DNA from: a virus
Taxonomy: Duplodnaviria; Caudoviricetes
Direction: 5' to 3' (one strand)
DNA: 29,131 nt
IMG/VR virus record: IMGVR_UViG_3300011339_000662
Span: 1 to 29,131 of that record
Position 1 is the stretch's first letter; every line of letters begins with the position of its first letter. The translations under genes were made by a program, and so were the position numbers. Below are positions 21,290 through 29,131 of the stretch, piece after piece. Under the pieces are notes generated by a model. That model was not told where the DNA came from. It did not search any database and worked only from the letters and a program-made list of their open reading frames with translations.

Positions 21290-24175
21290 TTATTTCCATA
21301 CTGGAATGTAGCCAGTAGAACCGTCCGAAGTCAGCACCTTGAACCACGTATACGGTGCCGTGTTAGTCACAGCCGGGGAATTTGTACCCAGCAGCGCAGT
21401 CCCGGCTCCGGTAGAATTGAGGCCGCTAAACTTCATAAGCCCGCCGATTTCAAACACCTGTGTAGAGCTTGTGTCCGCCGCGCCAAGGGAAATGACAACA
21501 CGGGTCGCTCCGGTCGTTGCCGTCTGATCGTAAAACCGTGCTGTGCCACTGGCACCTGATTTTGCTACATCTAGCAGGTACACTGGTGCTGTCGTACCGA
21601 TGCCGACGTTGCCGCTGGAAAGAATTGTCGCTCTAATTCCGCCCGGAGTTCCTAACTGCAAAGCGGAACCGCTGGAACCAGCAGATAAGAAAGTGGCATA
21701 GGCCAACGTACCCGTCAGGGTGGAACCCGGCGTGCTTCCCTCGACCCCCGCATATCCAAGTCCGGTAGATGCAGAAGAGTTGAATTGAAAGTATGCAGCA
21801 CTAGTGTCATTTGCTCCAGTGATCCTAATCGCGGCACCACTTCCAAAAACTGTTAGCTTATTTCCAGGAGTTCCCACCCCGATGCCGACGTTGCCGGTAT
21901 CAAAGGTAAACCTCGACGCCTGGAATGAGAGCGGAGTTAGCGCAATGCCTAAATTGATGGATTTTATGGAGTGCTGGGTGCCATCCCAATTGCCCAACGC
22001 CAGCGTATTTGTTGCGTCATTCCTCATCCTGATCTCGCCTGCGGCTGCAATGATATCCAGTGTTACCCCCGGCGTTGCCGTCCCGATCCCCAGCCGGTTG
22101 TTTGTCGCGTCCCAGAAGAACTGGCCAGCGTCTTGATTGAGAATTCCAGAGGCCGACACATACGGCACCGCGCCGACCGTCGTCAGGTTGCCCACGCCGC
22201 CGATTAAGTCGGTGCCCGCTACGGCGATTGATGGCACTCCGGTTGCCGTCGTGTTTTTGAGTAGGCCAGTTGCCAGCCCAGACAATGGGGTCCCGTTGAT
22301 TTTACTGACGGTCGTTGCTACCGTGCCGACCGTGGTTGTCACGTCTCCGGTCCGCGCTGGCATTCTAGCCGCTGGAAGTGTCCCGCTGCTGAGATCCGTT
22401 GCGCTGCCGGATGTCGCCACCGTTGCAAGTGTAAGCGCCGTGCTGAACCCGCCAGCCGCATTGCTGGTGAGAACCTGCCCGAGCGTTCCGTTCGTGGCTA
22501 CTGCGTAGTCCGTTCCCGCAGCCGCCGCCGAAACGACGCCCGCGCCATTCGCCTTGAGAATCCCGGATAGCGTGCCCGCGCCGCCCCGTGCCGCTGCCAA
22601 TGTTCCCGCTGTAAGGTCAGAAGCACTGCCAGATGTTGCTACCGTGGCCAAGGTAAGAGCCGTCGAAAATCCGCCGGTACCGTTGCTCGTCAGAGCCTGC
22701 CCTATTGTCCCGTTTGTGGCTACTGCGTAATCTGTTCCGGCTGTTGCCGCTGACACAACGCCAGCACCGTTTGCCTTCAGAATGCCAGTCAGCGTTCCAG
22801 CGCCGCCCCGTGCTGCTGCTAATGTTCCCGCTGTGAGGTCAGACGCGCTACCCGATGTTGCCACGGTGGCCAGCGTCACCGCTGTGCCAAATCCGCCGGT
22901 ACCGTTGCTTGTCAGCGCCTGGCCATTCGTTCCGTTTGTAGCTACTGAGTAGTCTGTTCCAGCCACTGCAATAGAAGGAACGCCGGTCGTTGTCGTGTTT
23001 TTGAGCAAGCCGGTTGCAAGCCCCGACAGCGCAATTCCGTTGATCTTCACCACGGTCGTCGCCGCCGATCCCACGGAGCTTGTTGCATCACCTGTCAAAG
23101 CTGGCAGCCGAGCCGCTGACAGCGTTCCAGATCCTAAGTCTGAAGCTGAACCCGATGTTGCCACCGTTGCAAGAGTCAGCGCAGTACTAAATCCGCCTGT
23201 GCCGTTGCTCGTTAAAGCTTGCCCGATTGTCCCGTTGGTCGCAACCGAGTAATCAGTACCTGCTACCGCGATGGAAGGAACGCCGGTCGCCGTCGTGTTT
23301 TTGAGAATGCCTGTAGCAAGCCCCGACAGCGTCGTTCCGTTAATCTTTACTACGGTCGTCGCTACGCTGCCAGCCGAGCTTGTCACGTCGCCTGTGAGGC
23401 CTGGCATTGCTGCAGCCGGTAGTCCGGTGGCATTCGTTAAAACTAATACAGACGGCGTTCCAAGGTCAGGAGTTGTTAGCGTCGGTGACGTTGCCAACAC
23501 AACGGAACCAGAACCGGTTGAGCTGACAGCCGTGCCAAAACCTCCAGCGCCATTGCTCGTCAGAAATTGTGCGTTAGTGCCGTTTGTCGCTACCGCATAA
23601 TCTGTGCCTGCTACCGCAGCCGAAACAACTCCTGCACCGTTGGCTTTCAGCAACCCGCTGAGCGTACCCGCGCCGCCCCGTGCTGCCGCTACCGTACCAG
23701 ATGCAAGGTCTGACGCTGAGCCAGATATCGCAATCAGTGCCAGATTGCCCGTGCTTAACAATCCAACTGAGTCTGTGGCAACGTAAGGCCGCGCCGCTGC
23801 ATTTATCAGCGAGGTCATCGTTACAGTGGACATCGCAATAAATGGCCCGGTCACCGTCAACGAACCAGTTACAGGTCCGACGCCTTCGAGATCCGCGATA
23901 GTGTACGGCCCGCCGGTCGGTGGCACCGTCCACTGAGAAGTGACTGGTAACCGCTGGCCGCTCTGGTTGTAGACGACTGTGTACAGCCCAGGAGCCAAAC
24001 AAATATCAATCCCGTCTGAGACGTTGATAACCTGCCGCGCTTCGACCAGTGTTGCGCCAGCAACCGTCGTGGCGTACTGCAACGTGTAGGTAATCGAGCC
24101 GGTCCACACGGTACTATCCGGGTTCAGGAACGGATCGACAATGTTGATGAAGCCGGTATCGCAGACTATGCTCAT
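21290..24175 (-). CDS. Long repetitive fibre protein (961 aa), probable head or neck fibre
   Basis: Gly/Ala/Thr-rich internal repeats; WDATNNRLGIGT and GNVGIG fibre repeats; lies between the capsid and adaptor genes. Confidence 0.85.
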   Translation of the reverse strand: MSIVCDTGFINIVDPFLNPDSTVWTGSITYTLQYATTVAGATLVEARQVINVSDGIDICLAPGLYTVVYNQSGQRLPVTSQWTVPPTGGPYTIADLEGVGPVTGSLTVTGPFIAMSTVTMTSLINAAARPYVATDSVGLLSTGNLALIAISGSASDLASGTVAAARGGAGTLSGLLKANGAGVVSAAVAGTDYAVATNGTNAQFLTSNGAGGFGTAVSSTGSGSVVLATSPTLTTPDLGTPSVLVLTNATGLPAAAMPGLTGDVTSSAGSVATTVVKINGTTLSGLATGILKNTTATGVPSIAVAGTDYSVATNGTIGQALTSNGTGGFSTALTLATVATSGSASDLGSGTLSAARLPALTGDATSSVGSAATTVVKINGIALSGLATGLLKNTTTTGVPSIAVAGTDYSVATNGTNGQALTSNGTGGFGTAVTLATVATSGSASDLTAGTLAAARGGAGTLTGILKANGAGVVSAATAGTDYAVATNGTIGQALTSNGTGGFSTALTLATVATSGSASDLTAGTLAAARGGAGTLSGILKANGAGVVSAAAAGTDYAVATNGTLGQVLTSNAAGGFSTALTLATVATSGSATDLSSGTLPAARMPARTGDVTTTVGTVATTVSKINGTPLSGLATGLLKNTTATGVPSIAVAGTDLIGGVGNLTTVGAVPYVSASGILNQDAGQFFWDATNNRLGIGTATPGVTLDIIAAAGEIRMRNDATNTLALGNWDGTQHSIKSINLGIALTPLSFQASRFTFDTGNVGIGVGTPGNKLTVFGSGAAIRITGANDTSAAYFQFNSSASTGLGYAGVEGSTPGSTLTGTLAYATFLSAGSSGSALQLGTPGGIRATILSSGNVGIGTTAPVYLLDVAKSGASGTARFYDQTATTGATRVVISLGAADTSSTQVFEIGGLMKFSGLNSTGAGTALLGTNSPAVTNTAPYTWFKVLTSDGSTGYIPVWK
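22210..23740. repeat. Coding modular repeats of the fibre (order A-B-B-A-A-B; boundaries approximate)
   Basis: Module A (AAARGGAGTLSGILKANGAGVVSA) three times; module B (TGDVT...KING..LSGLATGLLKNTTATGVPSIAV) three times; AGTD six times. Confidence 0.85.
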
Positions 24176-24189
24176 TTTACCCTTTGCTC

Positions 24190-24238
24190 AAAACAGAAAC
24201 GCCGCGTTGACCCCTCACCCGAGTTGTCAGCGCGGCGT
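24190..24238 (-). terminator. Probable intrinsic terminator after the major capsid gene
   Basis: 13-bp stem (24199-24211 / 24226-24238, one mismatch) followed by TTCTGTTTT on the - strand. Confidence 0.65.
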
Positions 24239-24262
24239 CACCTTATAGCCGATTGCTGCGCC

Positions 24263-25546
24263 TTAAACGCCCTGCCCGGTGGAAGACACGGCCGAACGTC
24301 CGTCTAACTGAACGCCGCCAAACGCCATCACCGCCTTGAACTCGCTTGCCATTGTCCGGAAGTCGCCGAGGGTTTGGTCGACAACGCCTGAGAGTGACAT
24401 GGTGTTCGGAACCTTGCGGTACAGCTGAGGTGTCTCGTAGCCGCGCAGGTCGCCAATTTCGAGAGCCGGTCGGCCTTGCGAAGCCGGGTCAGCAAAGATG
24501 TACCATTGCGTGTACTTGACGCCCGCGCTCGTCGTCACGATTGGCAGGTACGGGTCCATGATAACGGTGAGGTTGCCAATGATCCAGTTGTCTACCCTGA
24601 CGCGCTGTGCACTTGACAAAGTAGTTGTTGCGCCCGAGCCAGAGCTGGTGTTAGTACCGCCATTGACGTTGACGTCAACGCTTAGCTGGTGCATGATGTT
24701 CTGAGCCGTCACGTAAAGAGAAGGCCCAACTACCAAGAACATGCGCCCGGGGATTTCGATAGGATCGCCGCCGGTGTCTACCTGATTCATGAAGACGGTC
24801 ATGCCGTCGGAAAGCCCCTGAACGCTGAGCGCCGGATTATTGGATGCCGCCCCGTTTGCCGTGATGATTTGATTGGCAAACGTGGTAGAGAACAGCGTAG
24901 AGTTCGGCCCGGTAGTGCCCGAATACAGGTTCGTGATGAACTTGCTCTTCGTGCGTCTTGCGCCACGTGCCAGCCGCTGGGACAGATCACGAAAGATTCC
25001 AAGATCATCGTTAATGACCGCTTCCCAGCTGACCTTTGCGCCCTTCTCGTATTTCAAAGGTGCGTAGGTGATCGGGGTGCGCTGCGTCATGTCGCCAAGC
25101 GGCAGATCCTGCATTTCGGCAACAGCATTGAACGGTGTTTCGAGTCCGTCCATGATAAAGATCTTCTTGTTGCGGAAGTCGCCCAGCGTTGTTTTCTTTA
25201 CGAGAGGAAGAACCGGAATCGGCACCTCGCTGTAATCGCCAAGCAGTTCGCGGTCGAGAACGTCAACCGTCAACGCTGAGAAATCACTGCTGGTCATGGT
25301 TTCGCGGAACACCAGAGGGTAGCGTGCACAGAGAGTGCGAAACGCCCCGGCTTCAGTCAGGTTAAAGGCCTGCCGCATGTAGAACGGGTCCAGACGGCCT
25401 TCTTTGAAGTCGGCCCAGATCTCAGCCGCGCCTATGACACGACGACGCCTTGCAGCGTTTTCGGCCATTGTGACAGCAGAGAATCCGGGCACGTCTACGG
25501 TCCCGCCGGTCAGCGCAGACCCTGTGTACAGATCGCGTTCGCTCAT
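24263..25546 (-). CDS. Major capsid protein (Mu gpT-like, HK97 fold; 427 aa)
   Basis: TSSDF...L.DFR...KY...VSWEAVINDDLGIF...LARGARRT, FLVVGPSL, WYIFADP. Confidence 0.92.
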   Translation of the reverse strand: MSERDLYTGSALTGGTVDVPGFSAVTMAENAARRRRVIGAAEIWADFKEGRLDPFYMRQAFNLTEAGAFRTLCARYPLVFRETMTSSDFSALTVDVLDRELLGDYSEVPIPVLPLVKKTTLGDFRNKKIFIMDGLETPFNAVAEMQDLPLGDMTQRTPITYAPLKYEKGAKVSWEAVINDDLGIFRDLSQRLARGARRTKSKFITNLYSGTTGPNSTLFSTTFANQIITANGAASNNPALSVQGLSDGMTVFMNQVDTGGDPIEIPGRMFLVVGPSLYVTAQNIMHQLSVDVNVNGGTNTSSGSGATTTLSSAQRVRVDNWIIGNLTVIMDPYLPIVTTSAGVKYTQWYIFADPASQGRPALEIGDLRGYETPQLYRKVPNTMSLSGVVDQTLGDFRTMASEFKAVMAFGGVQLDGRSAVSSTGQGV

Positions 25547-25972
25547 TTAATTGCCCTCCAGACGGCCCGTGCAGGTAGTGCTTGTGGTGCCAGACGAAAC
25601 CGCAGTCAGTGCGTTACCGAACGCTGTGCCGCTTGGGTTTTTGTCGAGGTTGAATGCGTACCGAATGTTGGTGGTTGCATCGTAGGTGCCCGCGTCAGCA
25701 TAAAGCTGGTCGCCGGGTTTGATGGCCGAATTGACAAGAGGAGAGTTTGCAGACCGTGCAACCACGGTGAGGAAATAACAGTCCTCGCCAGTGTCGATAG
25801 TTGCCGTTGTCGGACTTGTCGGAGTCGGCAGCGGCTGCAGCGCCAGAATGATGCCGGGGATACATCCCGGAGTTCCAATCTGACCCAGCATGACTGCCTG
25901 TCCAACCGTCACCGCAGACGGTACCGGCACGTTAATGTTCCAGCGTCCGTTGATAGCCTGATTTGTTGCCAT
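25547..25972 (-). CDS. Capsid decoration/cement protein (DUF2190-like, 141 aa)
   Basis: VTVGQAVMLG...AIKPGDQLY...FGNALTAVSSG; lies between the protease and capsid genes. Confidence 0.75.
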   Translation of the reverse strand: MATNQAINGRWNINVPVPSAVTVGQAVMLGQIGTPGCIPGIILALQPLPTPTSPTTATIDTGEDCYFLTVVARSANSPLVNSAIKPGDQLYADAGTYDATTNIRYAFNLDKNPSGTAFGNALTAVSSGTTSTTCTGRLEGN

Positions 25973-26421
25973 TACTGAACCCTCCCGGCCACAGCGGCCT
26001 TTGAACCAGCTTCGGAAAGACCAAGCCGCGTGAAGATTGCAACTTCGCGTTCGTGGTCATCCTGCGCCGTCTGTTTCGCTTCCGCCACCTTGACGGGATC
26101 TCGAACAACTTCGGTGCCGATGTTGAGCACGCGTCCGCCGTTGCCGATTGCCTGCCCAAATCGCCGAGCCTCTGCCGTCACGATAGCGATGAAGCCGTCC
26201 GCGTCAACAGAGCCGTCTTTCATCGGGATCGATTCCCGAAGAACTGTGTCGATCACGAAAGCCTTTTGAGCTTCGGTGAATCCAATGGTTGCCAGAGCCT
26301 GATTGGCGATGACAATTGCATCACCGCGCCGGGCTCGTTCCTGAAGCGGTGCGGTCGCCTGAGCTACCGCCGTTTTGACCGCCGCTTCTACGATCTTTTG
26401 CACTTCGGCTGTATCCATCAT
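25972..26421 (-). CDS. Probable nested in-frame scaffold protein (149 aa)
   Basis: AAGGAGG (26438-26432) 10 nt upstream of in-frame ATG ATG, just after the protease domain. Confidence 0.6.
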   Translation of the reverse strand: MMDTAEVQKIVEAAVKTAVAQATAPLQERARRGDAIVIANQALATIGFTEAQKAFVIDTVLRESIPMKDGSVDADGFIAIVTAEARRFGQAIGNGGRVLNIGTEVVRDPVKVAEAKQTAQDDHEREVAIFTRLGLSEAGSKAAVAGRVQ

Positions 26422-27396
26422 GTCGGACTCGCCTCCTTCTAAAATTCCTGCATCTCGTGCCGCTTCGGCCAGCGCCAAACCGCCGCGCCCCGCCTTCGTC
26501 ACGTAGTCCACAGATTCCACATAATCGATTGATGCCAACTCTGGTTTCCCGTCTACCAGACGGCCTGTGCCCTTGCCACCGGCCCTGATACTCAGTCCGA
26601 TGTGTGGCGCACGCTCTTCGACCTTCTGCGCGTAATCCGCCATCACCTTTGCCTCTGCGTACAGCCCCGGACCTTTTACGCCGTTTGCTTCGTACCTTGC
26701 AGGGCTGGTGATGATTGCCGCCAGTTGATCGAGATTGCCTTCAGGCCGCGCCGCTTCTTCAGCTTGGGTCGGGTGATTCCAGAACATCAGCGTGCCCGGA
26801 CCAAACTTGCCAGCTGCCGCTTCAAGAACGGATGCCGGATAGTGTGCCGTGCTGCCGGTCCCCGGTGAGATCAGCTTGATTGGATAGGACGTCCGCATCG
26901 CCTCAGTCAGCTGGATGCTCGTCAGGAACTCCGCGCCGGTTGACTCCACCAGCTTGAGGTCTGCCGATGCTGTGATTGCCGCTTCCTTCATGCCGCAGGA
27001 CGCACCGAGCTTCATTGACGCATCGTGTATCGCTTGGAGCTGAGACATATCCCGCCGCGAGTTGCGCGCCCCGGCTTCGGTCGCTTCGATCTCACCCATG
27101 TGCATTTCGTAGGTCGTTATCGGCATGACTTCGACAGCGTTGGCAGTGTCGATGGTTGCGCCCGATACGGTGCAAGTGTAGGCCGCTTTCTTGAGATCGT
27201 CGCCGCATGAATAAACCACTTCACCAGACTTGTCGTCTCCGAAAATTGCCACGACGTAGCAGTAATAAAGCGCCTTGCCTTCGTAGGATTCTTCTACGGC
27301 CTTACGTAGCCGGATCTCAAGATCCTGCGTGGACATTGCTGCCGCCGCTTCCTGCAACTTCTGCGCTACGACCGTGAATCCTGCCCGGAGTGCCAT
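25972..27396 (-). CDS. Capsid maturation protease / scaffold fusion (474 aa)
   Basis: LISPGTGS..HYP..VL, MFWNHPT, IGLSIRA, SVDYVTKAGRGG protease motifs, then a helical scaffold-like C-terminus. Confidence 0.88.
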   Translation of the reverse strand: MALRAGFTVVAQKLQEAAAAMSTQDLEIRLRKAVEESYEGKALYYCYVVAIFGDDKSGEVVYSCGDDLKKAAYTCTVSGATIDTANAVEVMPITTYEMHMGEIEATEAGARNSRRDMSQLQAIHDASMKLGASCGMKEAAITASADLKLVESTGAEFLTSIQLTEAMRTSYPIKLISPGTGSTAHYPASVLEAAAGKFGPGTLMFWNHPTQAEEAARPEGNLDQLAAIITSPARYEANGVKGPGLYAEAKVMADYAQKVEERAPHIGLSIRAGGKGTGRLVDGKPELASIDYVESVDYVTKAGRGGLALAEAARDAGILEGGESDMMDTAEVQKIVEAAVKTAVAQATAPLQERARRGDAIVIANQALATIGFTEAQKAFVIDTVLRESIPMKDGSVDADGFIAIVTAEARRFGQAIGNGGRVLNIGTEVVRDPVKVAEAKQTAQDDHEREVAIFTRLGLSEAGSKAAVAGRVQ

Positions 27397-27469
27397 CTGG
27401 TGCGATAGTACAGTTCACGCCACGGTCACCACAAGAAACCGTGAGAATGTTTTAGTAACATTAAGAGCG
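27397..27469. promoter_or_regulatory. Divergent promoter region with two inverted repeats
   Basis: TACTAT 8 nt before ATG 27396 (-); TAACAT 8 nt before ATG 27470 (+); CACGGT-N11-ACCGTG (27421-27443); AATGTT-N5-AACATT (27446-27462). Confidence 0.55.
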
Positions 27470-27769
27470 ATGGCAAACGAGAGAACGTGCTCCAAGGAAG
27501 GTTGTGACCGGCCCGCCGCCCGAGGTAAAGACGCATGGTGTCTTGAGTGTCGAGCAGCTTACCAGCGCGAATACACCGAAACAAAGCTCGTGCAGGCTCG
27601 TGGAGCAGGGTTTGGTGATGGCTGCGAAGCCATGCGCGAGGCTCTAATGGCAACGTTTGACGCAATGGGACGCGCCCAGATCTCAGCCGGTGAAGCCGTT
27701 GGCGTCGTTCGTCAGGCTATGCGCCCAACATTGGTCCGCCCAAAGCACGTTGATTTCGTCGTAACCTGA
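27470..27769 (+). CDS. Cys-rich hypothetical protein (99 aa)
   Basis: CSKEGC...WCLEC Zn-finger-like N-terminus; ATG 27470 avoids overlap with the protease gene. Confidence 0.7.
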   Translation: MANERTCSKEGCDRPAARGKDAWCLECRAAYQREYTETKLVQARGAGFGDGCEAMREALMATFDAMGRAQISAGEAVGVVRQAMRPTLVRPKHVDFVVT

Positions 27770-27774
27770 AAACA

Positions 27775-28218
27775 GTGAATCCTCGCGCCAGTTCCGGTTT
27801 TAAGCCTGGCAACCTTGCTGCTATTGAGCAGGAAATTATAAACCGAGTCGAAGTTGCCGTCACTGAATCCAGCGTTGCGGTCATGGACGCTGCCAAGATC
27901 CTCGTGCCGGTAGACACAGGAGAATTGCGAAGTTCGATTGCGATGCAGGTCGAGCTCAAAGGCAAGATTGTCGTCGGCACGATCTACGCAGGCGCAAACC
28001 ATGCCGCGTTTGTCGAGTATGGGACTGGCCTGATTGGTGCTGCCGCGCCACACCCGCCGCTACCCACTGAAGGCGTGCCGATTACCGGCAGTTGGATCTA
28101 CGACTACAAGGGACAAGGCTGGATCGGTATGGCCGCCCGCCCGTTCCTGCGCCCTGCGTATGACGCATCGAAGAACTTCATTCTGGCAGCGTTCCGGCGT
28201 CAAGGATTTAAAGTATAA
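27775..28218 (+). CDS. HK97 gp10-like tail completion / neck protein (147 aa)
   Basis: AKILVPVDTGELRSSI, HAAFVEYGTG, GMAARPFLRPA signature motifs. Confidence 0.9.
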   Translation: MNPRASSGFKPGNLAAIEQEIINRVEVAVTESSVAVMDAAKILVPVDTGELRSSIAMQVELKGKIVVGTIYAGANHAAFVEYGTGLIGAAAPHPPLPTEGVPITGSWIYDYKGQGWIGMAARPFLRPAYDASKNFILAAFRRQGFKV

Positions 28219-28969
28219 TTTTCCGGAAGTCTAGCGAGCAAAAACAGCGAGGATGCGCCGTCGGCCTTTGATCGCCAGACAGGAACGTCTGATCAATTCC
28301 GATGTACCCTTCGGCCTCGTTTGAGATGCAGATCGCGCACGGATTGCCGGATTCCGTAACCCACCGCTTTTGCGTAAACCCGGCAGACCGCGCCAGTTCC
28401 GTTCGTCCAAAGTTGTAGGCGTTGTTGACTTCCGTCTGTGCAATCAGTTTGGATCTAACACTACTGAATTCCTTCACCGTTGCTTTGACTGCCTGAACGA
28501 TGTCGTCATTTGTGCCGCCGCTTCGCACTGCCAGCGTGATGGCGTCGCGCAGCTTCTGCTTGGTCGTCTCCGCCAGCGTCCCGGTAAGCTTTGAAAGTGA
28601 ATTGGTTTTGAGATACTGGCTCATCTTTGTCTCGGGTATGAGCGCCATACTATCAAGTTGCGCGGATAGCTGAGTCTCAGCCTTTATGATTGCCAGTTCA
28701 ATCAGCGCTTCGTATCGGATTGAATCATTTGCCGCAATCGACAACGCCAGCGGTGACACGGAACTCATCCACCCGTCTACGACGTCAGCTTCGGCTTCTT
28801 TCATCGTTACTGCTGACACCATCAGCCGCCCTTGGCGACGAAAGTAACGCGCCATCAGACGCGTGACCTTGCGGACAATCGGCTCAAGTGCCCGTGCGTG
28901 CTCTGGTGCCCGCAGGCCTTTCACTTCGGCTTCAATCAATTCCGCCAGCGCGTAGATTTCAGCTATCAC
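28208..28969 (-). CDS. MuF / SPP1 gp7-like minor head protein (253 aa)
   Basis: RSKLIAQTEVNNAYNFG, KRWVT...CAIC..N, PTAHPRCFC; GTG start overlapping the upstream TGA. Confidence 0.88.
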   Translation of the reverse strand: MIAEIYALAELIEAEVKGLRAPEHARALEPIVRKVTRLMARYFRRQGRLMVSAVTMKEAEADVVDGWMSSVSPLALSIAANDSIRYEALIELAIIKAETQLSAQLDSMALIPETKMSQYLKTNSLSKLTGTLAETTKQKLRDAITLAVRSGGTNDDIVQAVKATVKEFSSVRSKLIAQTEVNNAYNFGRTELARSAGFTQKRWVTESGNPCAICISNEAEGYIGIDQTFLSGDQRPTAHPRCFCSLDFRKIIL

Positions 28970-29131
28970 CCGCGCACCCGGATAATCTCTGCCGTAACCA
29001 CCGGCGTCCACGTTCTTGCCGCATCGGCAACTTCAGCCGCCCGCCATTCGCAGCCGCATTTTGGACACGTCCACGCATCAGTGTTTACCAGATCGGCCTT
29101 GCACGCCCGCGAGAAATGCTTAGAGCAGCAG
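28966..29131 (-). CDS. 3' part of a Cys-rich ORF entering from the right edge
   Basis: ...CCSKHFSRACKADLVNTDAWTCPKCGCEWRAAEVADAARTWTPVVTAEIIRVRG*; stop overlaps the MuF GTG. Confidence 0.6.
   Translation of the reverse strand, partial: CCSKHFSRACKADLVNTDAWTCPKCGCEWRAAEVADAARTWTPVVTAEIIRVRG

Noticed and set aside
22210-23740. CRISPR array or DGR template/variable repeat pair
   Set aside because: The repeats are in-frame coding modules differing mainly at synonymous sites, with no unique spacers or adenine-specific pattern, and no cas or reverse transcriptase gene is in the window.
28214-28219. TATAAT as an antisense promoter into MuF
   Set aside because: It coincides with the gp10-like stop codon in the convergent overlap and has no convincing -35 or extended -10.
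27420-28230. Invertible segment (shufflon or Gin-like) explaining the + strand genes
   Set aside because: No matching inverted repeats at the two boundaries and no invertase seen; the right boundary is an overlap of two intact stop regions.
130-28594. Numerous antisense and alternate-frame ORFs in the six-frame track (e.g. 2037-2555, 4197-4712, 24689-25279, 17121-17588)
   Set aside because: They lie within well-supported genes, lack RBSs and motifs, and are expected shadows in GC-rich coding DNA.
1-29131. Genome-wide TAG reassignment (alternative genetic code)
   Set aside because: TAG ends several genes at sensible positions (3207, 10229, 12080, 19551, 20993), and long genes are intact under the standard code; only one internal TAG was found.
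1-29131. Host assignment and lifestyle (temperate versus lytic)
   Set aside because: No integrase, att site, partition genes or host flanks are in the window, so neither can be determined from this sequence alone.

Overview
This window is part of a tailed dsDNA phage or prophage genome with siphovirus-type organisation and roughly 58-60% GC by eye. At the left, a short + strand early operon (four small ORFs and an SNF2/SMARCAL1-like ATPase) converges on a long - strand early/replication operon. That operon encodes a tandem ribbon-helix-helix-like regulator, small Cys/Zn proteins, a Gp157-like protein, a DUF1064 nuclease, a DUF1376 replication initiator, two helicase-loader-like paralogues flanking a radical SAM gene, a PAPS-reductase-family protein, a DUF968-like nuclease and a stand-alone DnaA domain-IV protein. 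The right half is the - strand morphogenesis module: MuF-like protein, protease/scaffold, decoration protein, major capsid, a 961-aa fibre, head-tail joining proteins, tail tube, tail chaperones, tape measure and a single 1279-aa tail-tip protein. No integrase, cI/Cro pair, terminase, portal, lysis gene, tRNA or CRISPR array is visible. The most notable signals are: (1) two structured 5' leaders in which a hairpin apex is complementary to the downstream ribosome-binding site, upstream of the replication genes and of a nuclease; (2) a shared operator/extended -10 box at three early promoters, with a candidate leaderless RHH repressor; (3) an in-frame TAG in the tail chaperone gene, which also has a -1 slippery site; (4) an HK97-gp10-like gene relocated and inverted, with an unannotated 56-aa ORF in its usual slot; (5) a radical SAM gene flanked by a duplicated gene start and lying near a PAPS-reductase gene, a possible DNA-modification pair. 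All family assignments come from motifs recognised by eye, not from database searches.
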